DNA from: an uncultured virus (IMG/VR IMGVR_UViG_3300030118_004714)
Lineage: Duplodnaviria; Heunggongvirae; Uroviricota; Caudoviricetes
Virus record (IMG/VR): IMGVR_UViG_3300030118_004714
DNA: 64,000 nt
Strand: one strand, 5' to 3'
Shown piece after piece: positions 20,333 to 29,940 of the stretch. Numbering within the stretch: the stretch's first letter is position 1; the number at the start of each line of letters is the position of its first letter. Made by a program: the position numbers and the translations under genes. The notes under the pieces are model-generated. The model did not search any database and was not told where the DNA came from. It saw nothing but the letters and a program-made list of their open reading frames with translations.

Positions 20333-21210
20333 TCCTCCAATGTTCTTTGTCCTTTTATTGTTCTTATATTTTCCATTTGCCAACCCATCGCTTCATAGAT
20401 AGGTTTTGCTTTCTTTATAAGTTGCTCTGCGTAATGATGATAGTCAGGTTCGTAGGAATAAAAATCCGAAAGAATCGTTCCTGCAATATACTCTACATCA
20501 CGCTTTTCCTTTGTTAGTGGGTTTGTATATTTATCATTAACTCCCAACACCTTCAAGAAAATATAGGAATCATCAAATGTCATGTTCTGTTTTTCCCAAG
20601 CATAAAGAACGCCAGCAATACCCGAACCAATACTAGGTCGCTTCTTTTGTTCAGTCAAGAAATTCTTGGTTGGGTTTCCACATTTTTCACAATTGTGAAT
20701 ATGAAGAATGTTTCTCATGTTGTATTTTGAGCGACATTGTGAACACATTAATTTAAAGCGTTCTTCTTTTAATCTGCTTCTCTTTGCGAAATAATCAGTA
20801 GGGAATTCTCCATTAACAACCTTTGCATAAGTTTCTCTTAGAAATTTGTTGATTTCTTCAAAGGAGAATTGTTGCGCCCACATTTTCAATAACTCGGTTT
20901 GAAACCACTTCGCAAGTTTTGTTTCGCTAACTCTCTTGGCCGTGAAACCAGTCATGGTAAATTTTGGTTCATCCAAATAAGAACCATCTTCCCATGTAAT
21001 CATTCCTGCGTTTCTGTTTTTGACCGTCCCAACACCCAATGCTGAAAAATACTTTTCAAATTCCAGACTAATGGGATGTTGTTCAAGTCCGAGAACATTC
21101 GGGAAACTTTTTTTGACTTCATCTTCAATCACCTTAATTACTTTTTGTGCGGCTTCTACGGAATCAATTTGCACATATATAGAATCGGTATGTCCATAAA
21201 CCACTTTCAT
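20323..21210 (-). CDS. polB: Family B DNA polymerase, C-terminal subunit (motif C and thumb)
   Basis: Begins MKVVYGHTDSIYV; LEFEK, KNRNAG, GFTAKR; CSQC...CEKC insert. Confidence 0.9.
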   Translation of the reverse strand: MKVVYGHTDSIYVQIDSVEAAQKVIKVIEDEVKKSFPNVLGLEQHPISLEFEKYFSALGVGTVKNRNAGMITWEDGSYLDEPKFTMTGFTAKRVSETKLAKWFQTELLKMWAQQFSFEEINKFLRETYAKVVNGEFPTDYFAKRSRLKEERFKLMCSQCRSKYNMRNILHIHNCEKCGNPTKNFLTEQKKRPSIGSGIAGVLYAWEKQNMTFDDSYIFLKVLGVNDKYTNPLTKEKRDVEYIAGTILSDFYSYEPDYHHYAEQLIKKAKPIYEAMGWQMENIRTIKGQRTLEEWF

Positions 21211-21214
21211 ATTA

Positions 21215-21415
21215 TCAGCCTCGGTAATGCACGAACAGCATTCCAACAGGTTCACCTGCTAGTTTTGCTACTACTTCTTGTAATTCCCTAATCTGCCCTT
21301 TAATGTCTTGTAGTTTCTGCATGTCAGCATACAGAGAATCCATTTCATTAGAGATTTGTTCTTTCATCAGTTTTATTTCTTTTAATGTTTCTAAATATAG
21401 TTTTTCTTCTTTCAT
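21215..21415 (-). CDS. Small coiled-coil protein between the PolB halves
   Basis: 66 aa with heptad pattern. Confidence 0.6.
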   Translation of the reverse strand: MKEEKLYLETLKEIKLMKEQISNEMDSLYADMQKLQDIKGQIRELQEVVAKLAGEPVGMLFVHYRG

Positions 21416-21543
21416 AATACCACCACCAGTAAGGTAATAATTGTTGCGATATTGACGACATTTACCATCATCAAAATCTTGTTGCTTCTATTTATCATGG
21501 CGAGCAACTCTTCCAGTAATTCATTCGTCCTGTCCATCATCAT
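21412..21543 (-). CDS. 43-aa protein with C-terminal membrane anchor (not in ORF track)
   Basis: MMMDRTNELLEELL...NIATIITLLVVVL; ATGA overlap with the next gene. Confidence 0.55.
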   Translation of the reverse strand: MMMDRTNELLEELLAMINRSNKILMMVNVVNIATIITLLVVVL

Positions 21544-21694
21544 TTTTATTCACACTCTGAGTAATCTCAATAATTTCAGCATGCCTTTTTAGATTGTTCA
21601 TCATTTGAAAAATTTCTTGGACTTCTTCTAAAGTAATATCCCAAGTTTCTTCGGAGTCGTAATCTACTTTCACTAATACAAATTTAGTTTTCAT
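21521..21694 (-). CDS. 57-aa hypothetical protein (not in ORF track)
   Basis: MKTKFVLVKVDYDSEETW...; ATGA overlap with the stop of the PolB N-terminal half. Confidence 0.55.
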   Translation of the reverse strand: MKTKFVLVKVDYDSEETWDITLEEVQEIFQMMNNLKRHAEIIEITQSVNKNDDGQDE

Positions 21695-23328
21695 ATTTCC
21701 ATCTCCTTTGCTTTAAATGCGGCTAAACGAATTGCTTCTCTTGCACTTGCTGTAATACTTGCGGCTAAATCTACATCAGCCCAACCAAAACCTTGGAAGG
21801 CAACGATACCATAGAAAGAAGCCATTAGTCTTTTAACTGCCATTTGATTGTTATACCACTTTTGATATTCTCCATTGTTCGTCTCTCTTGCTTCTTTCAT
21901 CAGTCGCTTGTAATCGTTCCGCAACTCTTTCAACTCAAGGACGGCTCTCGGAAGAAGACCCAGTTTATCAGTCTTATAGTAGAGCATATCCCGATGTTTT
22001 ACATCGCTGAAATCTCTTGGCGTTGAGATGTTCACAGCAAACTCTGTTGGTTCTGCCGACTTTGTTTCCCACGAAATGTTTCGGGCAATCATCATTGAAG
22101 GGTAAAGTCCTGCATAGTCAAATGCGGCTACATTCAAATGAAGCCCTTGAGTTTGTTCGCTCAATGGGTCGTAAATCATAGCCCCGTCATATTCTCGGCG
22201 TTCAATATCCCTGTTTCCTGTTGGGGCTTTCCAAGTAGCGTTTCGCATAAAATAGATTGAACCCATATGGCTTGCATAAAAACAAGCATCAAACGGTGCT
22301 TTTAGCAAACGCTGTAATGAAACAATTGCTTCACTACAAAAGTTTGTCTCATCAATACGCACCAATAATTCAACATCAACCAAAGCGTATTCCAAATAAA
22401 CATCTGTGTCTTCTAACCAAGCCCTTCGGAAGAATTCGTTTCTGTCTTCAAATTTACTCTTCTTTATTTTACCTTCACCAAAAAGAGTTTGTGAAACATA
22501 TTCAAGGCTTAATGAAGGTAGTGTTCCTCTTTGTGAGTCATTCCATTGACGCTCAAAAGCAAGGTCAAGAGAGAGTGTTATGCGGCCCCCTATGGGCTGT
22601 TCAATGGGGGAGAACCCCTTTTCACCATAGGCAAAAGTAAAGCCATTCCTGCTTGATTTAACGCCCTTAATGCTTGCTGTTGGGGATATGATGCGAGGGT
22701 CAATTCCCAAAGCACAAGCCCTTTTCAGAAGGTGGGGCAGGTCAAATTTATTTCCAAACCAAGCAATTAGCATATCAGGGTCATTGAGAAGCATGGTGTT
22801 GAAAAATGACTCCAACATATCCTTTTCGCTACTAAAAACAAAACAACTAAAATCAGTTTCAATTTCTTCGGGAAACCAAACCCACTGCAAATACTTTTTG
22901 TCGTAGTTGTCATAGGCAACAATCGTTGTAATACAATCGTGGTATTCTCCACCTTGTTGCCATTCCATATCCCAATACCATTTTCTCATTTCATATTCTG
23001 GCATTTCGTCAATTTCATCCACTGCATATCTAAAATGATAAGGGACATCTGCTTCATAGGTTTGACGAAACTCATCCTTTGCTTTGCGAATATCAAAAGA
23101 AGACTCAACATAAACTTTCTTTAACGGTTCGCCATCTAAATTTTGATAGTCCCCTTCTTCATAATCAAACTCACGCTCAATATACTTTGAGGGTTTGTAA
23201 GAAAATGCATGCTCATTTACAGGAATATAGAAGTAAGGGCGAAAGGGAGTAATATTCCATTTCTTTTCTCCATCCTCTCTCCATGATGTGTATATTCTTT
23301 TACCGTCATTTATTTTGCTAATAATCAT
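21691..23328 (-). CDS. polB: Family B DNA polymerase, N-terminal subunit (exonuclease, motifs A and B)
   Basis: YEADV, WDME, NKFDLPHL, YALVD, DYAGLYPS, KRLMASFYG. Confidence 0.92.
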   Translation of the reverse strand: MIISKINDGKRIYTSWREDGEKKWNITPFRPYFYIPVNEHAFSYKPSKYIEREFDYEEGDYQNLDGEPLKKVYVESSFDIRKAKDEFRQTYEADVPYHFRYAVDEIDEMPEYEMRKWYWDMEWQQGGEYHDCITTIVAYDNYDKKYLQWVWFPEEIETDFSCFVFSSEKDMLESFFNTMLLNDPDMLIAWFGNKFDLPHLLKRACALGIDPRIISPTASIKGVKSSRNGFTFAYGEKGFSPIEQPIGGRITLSLDLAFERQWNDSQRGTLPSLSLEYVSQTLFGEGKIKKSKFEDRNEFFRRAWLEDTDVYLEYALVDVELLVRIDETNFCSEAIVSLQRLLKAPFDACFYASHMGSIYFMRNATWKAPTGNRDIERREYDGAMIYDPLSEQTQGLHLNVAAFDYAGLYPSMMIARNISWETKSAEPTEFAVNISTPRDFSDVKHRDMLYYKTDKLGLLPRAVLELKELRNDYKRLMKEARETNNGEYQKWYNNQMAVKRLMASFYGIVAFQGFGWADVDLAASITASAREAIRLAAFKAKEMEI

Positions 23329-24093
23329 TTACTCACCTATTTGTGGTGCTTTTAGAATCATCCTGTCTTCCGCTACAATAAGCAGGGGAAAGTCATCTTT
23401 TACAAAGAAGTTTAACAACTGCTCCTTATCAAAGAAGTTATGTAGGGGGCTTGTATAATCAAGAGTCGCCGCTTCACCAAGAACGCTTATGGGTGTAATT
23501 GTTTCAGTATATTTGTTTTGCACATTTTGTTGTGAAGAAAAGGTGGTTGTTGTCTTATTAAAGTTTAAGTTATACACACCACTTTTGACCAATTCACAAT
23601 TCTTAATGCATGATTTAAACTGTTCTGAAGTTAATGAAAAGGCTCCTTCAAAGGTAGTTTTTCCAAAGTTGGGAAGTTTGTCCAAAACAGCAGACCAAGT
23701 AATATCTTTGGTTCGTTCCAAAGAGTTTTCTAAGGCATCCATAGCGGGATGATTTACTACTTTTGGTATGCTTGCTTGTTTGCCTGTTTGGGTAATTGAA
23801 ATAAAATCACCACCTGCCACAGTAATATTGTTCTTAAATGATTTCAAATATGGCAGAACAACCGTTGCATCTATGACACAGTTTCCATTTTCTTCACCAA
23901 CAACAGTAAGAGTAATTTTAGCCATGAAGATGGCTGAACCATTTACAATTGAAAGGGTGTTTCCTTCAAGAACAACATAGATGTAGTCGCCCATTGAAGC
24001 GTTGCCAAAACCCTTTGAGGTCAATGATTTTCCCTTGACACGAATACTTTCAATTGCTTGTTCTAGTTCTTTTGCGCTAACTGTAAATTTCAA
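23329..24093 (-). CDS. Sliding clamp (PCNA-like)
   Basis: 254 aa, two-fold alpha/beta repeat ending PLLI...ILKAPQ; next to PolB and near RFC. Confidence 0.7.
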   Translation of the reverse strand: MKFTVSAKELEQAIESIRVKGKSLTSKGFGNASMGDYIYVVLEGNTLSIVNGSAIFMAKITLTVVGEENGNCVIDATVVLPYLKSFKNNITVAGGDFISITQTGKQASIPKVVNHPAMDALENSLERTKDITWSAVLDKLPNFGKTTFEGAFSLTSEQFKSCIKNCELVKSGVYNLNFNKTTTTFSSQQNVQNKYTETITPISVLGEAATLDYTSPLHNFFDKEQLLNFFVKDDFPLLIVAEDRMILKAPQIGE

Positions 24094-24890
24094 ATTTTAC
24101 CCTCCCGTAATTCAGGAATACCGTTCCAAACAACATTCGGTGGAGTTCCTTCACGGACTGTCCAGCGTGTACCGACCAAATTTCCATTTGTTCTTGAACC
24201 AACCAATTGTGCGACATAATGCATTTCACCCTTTACATTCTTTCGGGTGCAGTGAATTTCTTGTTCAAGTTTCCCGCCCCAATCACGCCATGCTGGTTGA
24301 ACACCAACAGGAACATTATCCACATATTTTTCTGCTTCGTGAGTAATATAAATTACATCACACTTCAAACGATAAATAGAAACCATCAATGCCTCAAATG
24401 TTTTATTTCTTGCACCGTATTGAAACGGCATAATTTTCGTGACTTTCGTTGGGTCAGGATTAACTTTGAGAATACAACTACTAAACCAAGTATCAACACC
24501 ATCAAGAACAAAAATAGGATTTTCTCCTTCTTCAATCTTTGAATGAACATATTTCACAAAGTCTCTTGAATTTTGTTCGGACTTGTGAATATCCAATTGT
24601 GCGTCTTTATCCTGCACGATTGGGTTAAACACTTCAATTCTTTCTGTTGCATCATGGCAGGTAATCCATGTAGATTCTACGCCACTATCCCAATCAAGAA
24701 CATAGATTTTCCTATCGGGAAAATCAAGTGCCAATCCAGTTTTACCGGACTTGGGAATACCCCAAATACCCAAAACCATTCGTGGCTTTCTGCTCTCTCT
24801 TTTCTTCTCCATTTGTTTCTTATGCAATTCCAAGAATGTTTCACTTGGTAAAGCACTTCCTTTGCTATCTGTCAATCCCATTTGTATCAC
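24090..24890 (-). CDS. RecA-fold ATPase (AAA_24/Sak4/RadB-like)
   Basis: GIPKSGKT, VLDWD, FVLDG, YITHE. Confidence 0.75.
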   Translation of the reverse strand: MIQMGLTDSKGSALPSETFLELHKKQMEKKRESRKPRMVLGIWGIPKSGKTGLALDFPDRKIYVLDWDSGVESTWITCHDATERIEVFNPIVQDKDAQLDIHKSEQNSRDFVKYVHSKIEEGENPIFVLDGVDTWFSSCILKVNPDPTKVTKIMPFQYGARNKTFEALMVSIYRLKCDVIYITHEAEKYVDNVPVGVQPAWRDWGGKLEQEIHCTRKNVKGEMHYVAQLVGSRTNGNLVGTRWTVREGTPPNVVWNGIPELREGKI

Positions 24891-25144
24891 ACCAATTTAT
24901 TTTCTTCTATTCTTGTTTTTGAATTCTTACTCATTGTCCAATATTGAATAATATTACGAAGTGATTCAAGGTCATAACAAATATACCTTGCTTCCTTCTG
25001 CCCAATATGAAACTTTACCCAGTAAGTACCTATTTCATTTTCGTTTTCTTTGTAGGTAATAAAATCTACATTCGCCAAATCAACGACATATGCATTCTTT
25101 TTTACCAAGAATCTTTCTCCTATCAAATCTTTCATCTTTTTCAC
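24887..25144 (-). CDS. Hypothetical protein
   Basis: Co-oriented ORF with GGTGA RBS. Confidence 0.55.
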   Translation of the reverse strand: MKKMKDLIGERFLVKKNAYVVDLANVDFITYKENENEIGTYWVKFHIGQKEARYICYDLESLRNIIQYWTMSKNSKTRIEENKLV

Positions 25145-25156
25145 CTTTTTGAAAAA

Positions 25157-25203
25157 ATAGGCTTCGCACCTATACGGGCATCATTCTACCGCCACACCTA
25201 CAC
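25157..25203 (-). ncRNA. Structured intergenic motif, copy A
   Basis: Shares sequence and covarying stems with 44300-44349. Confidence 0.45.
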
Positions 25204-25232
25204 GGTTCCTAAGTTTTTACACAAAGGAGGAA

Positions 25233-26444
25233 TCAAAACCAGTCAAAGTCTTTCTCCACAGGTTGAGCAGATTCAACAGGGGAACCTACACGCTCAATAC
25301 AAAGCACACCAGCGACATTGATAGTTGTTGGTTCGGTTTGACCATCAACCATTCTTTGACTTGTTCGGCCAATCACGATAACAGTTGAGCCAATTCCAAA
25401 GTCCAAATCAATATGTTCGGGAATCCAGCAAGTTGTCATGCTGTCTGATTCAAAGTCCACTTCGGCATTTAAGTCCGTAATGTTAATGATTCGGTTTCCG
25501 TTCTTCGTAGGTGTCATGTTCATATTGCACACCGTTCCATCTGTAATCACGAAACGCTCTTTTGAGGGGTTGCTTTGAAGCAAAATATGAGCCTTGTCAA
25601 TTTCAACTAGAGCCGTGATGTGCTTTTCAAAGTGTTCTTTCAAACAGTTTTCAAAGGAGAATCCAGTCATGTCTCGGTATGCATCCGATTCAGGGTCAAT
25701 GTTTGAATTGAGCATCAAACTCTTGAGCGTCGTATCGGTTGCACCGTAAATATCCGTTCCATTTGAACCAGCAACACAGATGAAATGAACCCATTCAAAT
25801 GTGTTTGGAGCGAAGTCAATTCCTCCTTGGTTTTTATAGGAAAAGAAATACGGACGCATTTCCTCGCCAGCGACGGAACCAAAGAAAATACCGCTTCGGC
25901 GGAATTGTTCTTTTGGCAGAGGCTTGCCGTAATTGTTGTTTTTTCCACCATTCATATAAGTCGCCGTTGCATCAAGAGGAATGTAAATTCTTCCGTCTTC
26001 AAGAGTCTCTGCTCCTTCTGGCAAAGCGGCCACAACTTTTTCTTCATAGTTGCCGTTATAGTATCGGGACACCGTAAATTTACCAAGAGCATTTTCTTGA
26101 GCAACGGCTACAATTCCCTTTTCAAGGGCATTTTCTGAATCTCTAATGTATTCTTCCTTTGCTTTGTTTCGGTTCCAACTCATCATATCGCGTGGTGCAT
26201 CAAGAGACAAAAAGAATCCAAATGCTGGCTTGAAGAGAGAATCGCTTTGTTGTTGTTGCTTTCCGCTTGATGCAGAACGCTTCGCATTTGCGACATAGTT
26301 TCTCCATAGTCCCAGTCCAATAGGGTTATTCGTCTCAATGTGGCTTTCGCTACAAATTTCGGCAAACTTGGCGTTTGCCTCTTCGGTGGTAAGACCAAGA
26401 ATCTTAGCACCTGCTTCAATTTCTTTCACAGTTTTTTCTTCCAT
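25233..26444 (-). CDS. RPA-like single-stranded DNA-binding protein
   Basis: C-terminal OB-fold pattern (ITDGTV...INITD...TCWIP...GSTVIVIGRT), acidic-aromatic tail KDFDWF; replication context. Confidence 0.7.
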   Translation of the reverse strand: MEEKTVKEIEAGAKILGLTTEEANAKFAEICSESHIETNNPIGLGLWRNYVANAKRSASSGKQQQQSDSLFKPAFGFFLSLDAPRDMMSWNRNKAKEEYIRDSENALEKGIVAVAQENALGKFTVSRYYNGNYEEKVVAALPEGAETLEDGRIYIPLDATATYMNGGKNNNYGKPLPKEQFRRSGIFFGSVAGEEMRPYFFSYKNQGGIDFAPNTFEWVHFICVAGSNGTDIYGATDTTLKSLMLNSNIDPESDAYRDMTGFSFENCLKEHFEKHITALVEIDKAHILLQSNPSKERFVITDGTVCNMNMTPTKNGNRIINITDLNAEVDFESDSMTTCWIPEHIDLDFGIGSTVIVIGRTSQRMVDGQTEPTTINVAGVLCIERVGSPVESAQPVEKDFDWF

Positions 26445-26486
26445 GTTTTTTCACTTCCATTTTTTGTTTTGTTTTGTTTTGTTTTT

Positions 26487-27398
26487 TTACAATAGTTGTC
26501 CCACCATCCATGATAAAAGCACTTTTGGGGTCATACTATTGGAACGGTATTCACATTCTCCGATTGTTCGGAGAAACTTAAACTTCAAGGTGCTATCCAG
26601 CCCCTTTGAATTAATGACTGCATCATGCAATCCAAGACAGATTTCTTTAACTGTTCTGCCTTTGTATAATAAATCATGTAATTCACCTAATACATTCGTA
26701 TTCTTATTTATAATCTTAATCAAAATTTTATGGTATTCTTCTAGTGATACATCAATTTGTCTTTGAAGAGTAGAGTCGCTTGCTTTTGCGGCTTGGACTT
26801 CGGTAATTGCCCTTCTCATATCACCATTCATTGAGTATATAAATGACCCTAACTCTTCATCGCTAAAACGATGAATTTGTTCTTTTAAAAGAATACTCTT
26901 AATCATATCCAACATATCGTCGTTAGAAATTGGTTTAAAATGATAATTAGCACAACGGCTTTGTAAGGCAAAGATAATTTTATTTCTGTCATTACATGTA
27001 ATGATGAAGCGAATGTTGCTAGAATATCTCTCCATGATTCGCTTAAGTGCATTTTGAGCATCTGTCGTCATTCCATCCATTTCATCAAGAAGCATCATGC
27101 GAAAAGGAACCTCGCCAATTGTTCCGCTTTGAGCAACTTGACGAATAGTTGTCCTAACATTTTCTAGTCTCCTATCATCAGAAGCATTTACTTCAAAGAA
27201 ATTATCTTTGAAATTTTCTTTTAGAAACTCTTTTGCTAGTACGATTCCGGCAGAGGTCTTCCCGTTTCCGGGTTTTCCATAAAGAAGAACATTTGGCATA
27301 TCTTTGCTTTCAACCCAAGACTGGGCATCCATTACAAAGTGTTCTTGTCCCTTAATATCGCTAATTTTATTTGGTCTGTATTTTTCTGTCCATAGCAT
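26487..27398 (-). CDS. rfcS: Replication factor C small subunit
   Basis: WTEKYRP, GKPGNGKT, EVNASD, LDEMD, AQNAL, LQSRC, GDMRRAI. Confidence 0.95.
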   Translation of the reverse strand: MLWTEKYRPNKISDIKGQEHFVMDAQSWVESKDMPNVLLYGKPGNGKTSAGIVLAKEFLKENFKDNFFEVNASDDRRLENVRTTIRQVAQSGTIGEVPFRMMLLDEMDGMTTDAQNALKRIMERYSSNIRFIITCNDRNKIIFALQSRCANYHFKPISNDDMLDMIKSILLKEQIHRFSDEELGSFIYSMNGDMRRAITEVQAAKASDSTLQRQIDVSLEEYHKILIKIINKNTNVLGELHDLLYKGRTVKEICLGLHDAVINSKGLDSTLKFKFLRTIGECEYRSNSMTPKVLLSWMVGQLL

Positions 27399-27400
27399 TT

Positions 27401-27616
27401 TTATTCCTCCATGAGTGTATATACTTTAGTGTGGTCGGGTAGTTTTTCATGTACCGTAAATGGTTTTCTTTTGAGACATTGTGCTAGTCTATTTGTAGTT
27501 ATACGGGTCATTCTAACATATCCTTCCATTTCCAATAAGCGGTCTTTTAATGCAAGTGCCGTCATTGGCCCTTCTTCTCTAATGATTCTCTTTGCTTCTT
27601 TCATTACTGTTTTCAT
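27401..27616 (-). CDS. Small winged-helix-like protein
   Basis: GPMTALAL...TTNRLAQCL...F...VYTL pattern. Confidence 0.55.
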   Translation of the reverse strand: MKTVMKEAKRIIREEGPMTALALKDRLLEMEGYVRMTRITTNRLAQCLKRKPFTVHEKLPDHTKVYTLMEE

Positions 27617-27873
27617 TCCTCTTCCCCCTCATAAGTCCATAGAGCAGGATAAACTCCTTTATCTGTTAATCTGGTAAATCCATGCCAAGGAGCAGAAAGA
27701 ATAGAACCGACTGCTTGTCTTGAGGGTGTATTTCTATATGGTTTTAATCTGCCACCGCCAGCAATAGATTTTGTATCTAATAATTTAGAATGTATTTCGT
27801 TTGTGTTCATAATCTTTCCTTTTAGGAATTTTTTAATTCTTTTTGGTATTTGTTTTTTCTTTCCTTCCATCAT
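27613..27873 (-). CDS. Small winged-helix-like protein, similar pattern to the neighbour
   Basis: MNTNEIH...PSRQAVGSILS...F...LWTY. Confidence 0.55.
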   Translation of the reverse strand: MMEGKKKQIPKRIKKFLKGKIMNTNEIHSKLLDTKSIAGGGRLKPYRNTPSRQAVGSILSAPWHGFTRLTDKGVYPALWTYEGEEE

Positions 27874-28721
27874 ATGAATTCCTCCAATGATTTTTGCTGA
27901 ACCCTAACCGGGTCAGTCTTCTTTCGTCGTTTCTTTTCACCAAGTTTTAACAGGCGACATTCTGCATTGTTCAACTTTGTTTTTGCCCAAGTTTTGAAAT
28001 TATCGTCTTGAAGCAATTGTGCAAGAATCTTAGGATTCTTTACGCCAAGTCTTCTTGAAAGACTTGGAACTTTTGAATAGTTTCCTCTTCTCGGCATTTG
28101 TATGCGTCCAATCATGTTCCCCATGTGTGCATAAGAAAGCATTTCATAAAAGTATCGTTGGCTCCATTTCCTTCTTACGACCCCATCAATGAAAACCAAT
28201 CGGTTAGTGTGCATGTTCTCACATAACCAAGTCAAAACTTGGGTGTCCGAAGGCTTATTAAAAAGCATCAGTTCTCTTACTAAATCTCTATCACTTAGTT
28301 TAAGGTAATCCATGACCAATGCATAAGTGTCTCTTTCATAAGAAAATGGTTGTTCGCTTCTCGGAGCGAGCGACTCAATCTTTTCTCTCAAATGATTCTT
28401 TGAACCTGCTCGCTTGATTTGGCACATTGCTTTGATGTCTTTAGGAACGCTCTTTTCATTGATAGAGGTAAGAACAACTTGCCCACGATAATTGCGAAGA
28501 ATAGATAATATAGCATCTTTCTCTGGTTTGTAATGCACATCTTCAATGATAATTCCATTCTCTACGGGAATAGAGCCAATATCATAGTCAATTGAATTAG
28601 CATAGAAAACAACTGGGTTCTCCACAAAGGTTTTTGCCTTTTGTGATTTACCTGTGCCTACCTTTCCTGTGAGAAGTATTGGTCTTTTTTTATTGAGATT
28701 CGTGAGTCCCATGTAATACAC
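27870..28721 (-). CDS. Degenerate RFC large-subunit-like AAA+ protein
   Basis: LLTGKVGTGKS, YANS, IIIEDV; close to rfcS. Confidence 0.65.
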   Translation of the reverse strand: MYYMGLTNLNKKRPILLTGKVGTGKSQKAKTFVENPVVFYANSIDYDIGSIPVENGIIIEDVHYKPEKDAILSILRNYRGQVVLTSINEKSVPKDIKAMCQIKRAGSKNHLREKIESLAPRSEQPFSYERDTYALVMDYLKLSDRDLVRELMLFNKPSDTQVLTWLCENMHTNRLVFIDGVVRRKWSQRYFYEMLSYAHMGNMIGRIQMPRRGNYSKVPSLSRRLGVKNPKILAQLLQDDNFKTWAKTKLNNAECRLLKLGEKKRRKKTDPVRVQQKSLEEFI

Positions 28722-29130
28722 CTTTTAATTTCAGTATTTCTTCTAGCCCTTTTAGTGTCCTGTGCTGTTTGGTATCAACAATTGAAGCAATTCGCACGAA
28801 GGGATTGAGAGTATTGTTATGATTTAGATAATTCCAAGTATAGGGGGTTTCGCTAATGATAATATTTAGAACGCTCTGTATGTTTTTAATTCCTCTAACT
28901 GAGAGAATCGGACTTTTTCTTCTTACCGATTCATTTTGTCTTACTTTACTTTCAACGCCATAAGTAGTCATGGCTCTGGCAATTCCACATAAAAAATCAT
29001 ATGATGGCATTCTAATGTCTATTGCTAATTTAACGGCATATCCGATTCTCATTCTTTCATCCGATTGCACACGACAATGAAACTGTGCCTTGGAAAGTAA
29101 AATTCCCGTAAGCATCGCCCGACTAAACAT
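28690..29130 (-). CDS. Degenerate LAGLIDADG-family protein
   Basis: MLTGILLSKAQF at the LAGLIDADG helix position; C-terminal KQHRTLKGLEEILKLK. Confidence 0.6.
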   Translation of the reverse strand: MFSRAMLTGILLSKAQFHCRVQSDERMRIGYAVKLAIDIRMPSYDFLCGIARAMTTYGVESKVRQNESVRRKSPILSVRGIKNIQSVLNIIISETPYTWNYLNHNNTLNPFVRIASIVDTKQHRTLKGLEEILKLKGVLHGTHESQ

Positions 29131-29482
29131 TACTTTCAGTCTCCTTCATTCCCAGATATTGGGCTTTGTATCTTAAATATTCTAAGCCTTCAAGTATTGT
29201 TTTAGCCACAACATCTTCGTCAATATCATTCTGAGCGATACCAAAAACCATTCTTGTTCCTTGATAACAATTAAGAAGGTTTGCTTTTTCTTCACAAATA
29301 GGTTCTATAATTACGACAACTCTCTCTTTTATTATTTCCGTAGCGTGGACAATTCTATAATATAGTCCTTTATTTATAACTTCAATTTCTTCTTCATTTG
29401 GAGAACCATATACGAAGAAGTTGAAAGTTCTTACTTTCTCAAACTTAGCGAGCAATTCATTTAATTCTGGATATAAAAACAA
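29123..29482 (-). CDS. Hypothetical protein
   Basis: Co-oriented ORF in the operon. Confidence 0.55.
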   Translation of the reverse strand: MFLYPELNELLAKFEKVRTFNFFVYGSPNEEEIEVINKGLYYRIVHATEIIKERVVVIIEPICEEKANLLNCYQGTRMVFGIAQNDIDEDVVAKTILEGLEYLRYKAQYLGMKETESNV

Positions 29483-29487
29483 GATTA

Positions 29488-29940
29488 TCAGTCCTTAATA
29501 TATTCTTCATTCTTTTTCCAATATCCAGAAACTCTTTCGTTTGTCTCAAGCCAATGAATGTGGGCGGCGGTGATTCGGGCATCTCCACGCTCTAAGGCAT
29601 TCTGTTCGGCATTGGTTATGACATTTGCTATGGCTGTTTCTACCCATTCATAGAGAAAGTTTTTTGCTGTTCTTGATATTTGAAGGTCGGTGGCATCCTT
29701 GATGATGGAAGTAATGTTTATCTTACTTCTTGTTCGTGGTCTTTTCTCTACTTTCTTTTCGGGGACAATCAACTTACCATTTTCCATATAGGGGCATTCT
29801 TTTACAGGGACTTTAGTTGGTCGCCCTTGGTCATGTAAAACATTCTTTAGGTGAGCGATTCCGTTTTCAATTTTGATGCAACGATAAGTATGTCTTTTTC
29901 CATTATTCACTATAATAGTCAAATCACCAACTTTAATCAT
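29488..29940 (-). CDS. Histone-fold protein with N-terminal SH3/KOW-like beta domain
   Basis: ITSIIKDATDLQISRTAKNFLYEWVE...AEQNALERGDARITAAHI follows the archaeal histone alpha1-L1-alpha2-L2-alpha3 pattern. Confidence 0.75.
   Translation of the reverse strand: MIKVGDLTIIVNNGKRHTYRCIKIENGIAHLKNVLHDQGRPTKVPVKECPYMENGKLIVPEKKVEKRPRTRSKINITSIIKDATDLQISRTAKNFLYEWVETAIANVITNAEQNALERGDARITAAHIHWLETNERVSGYWKKNEEYIKD

Noticed and set aside
21211..21690. Intein or intron interrupting PolB
   Set aside because: No intein terminal motifs are visible and the interval is filled by three coupled small ORFs.
22262..22270. Extra CCATATGG copy
   Set aside because: Inside the PolB coding sequence and lacks the CAAAG/CTTTG arms; probably chance.
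26460..26488. TTTTG tandem (also TTTG at ~1815-1828)
   Set aside because: Short low-complexity intergenic tracts with no supportable function.
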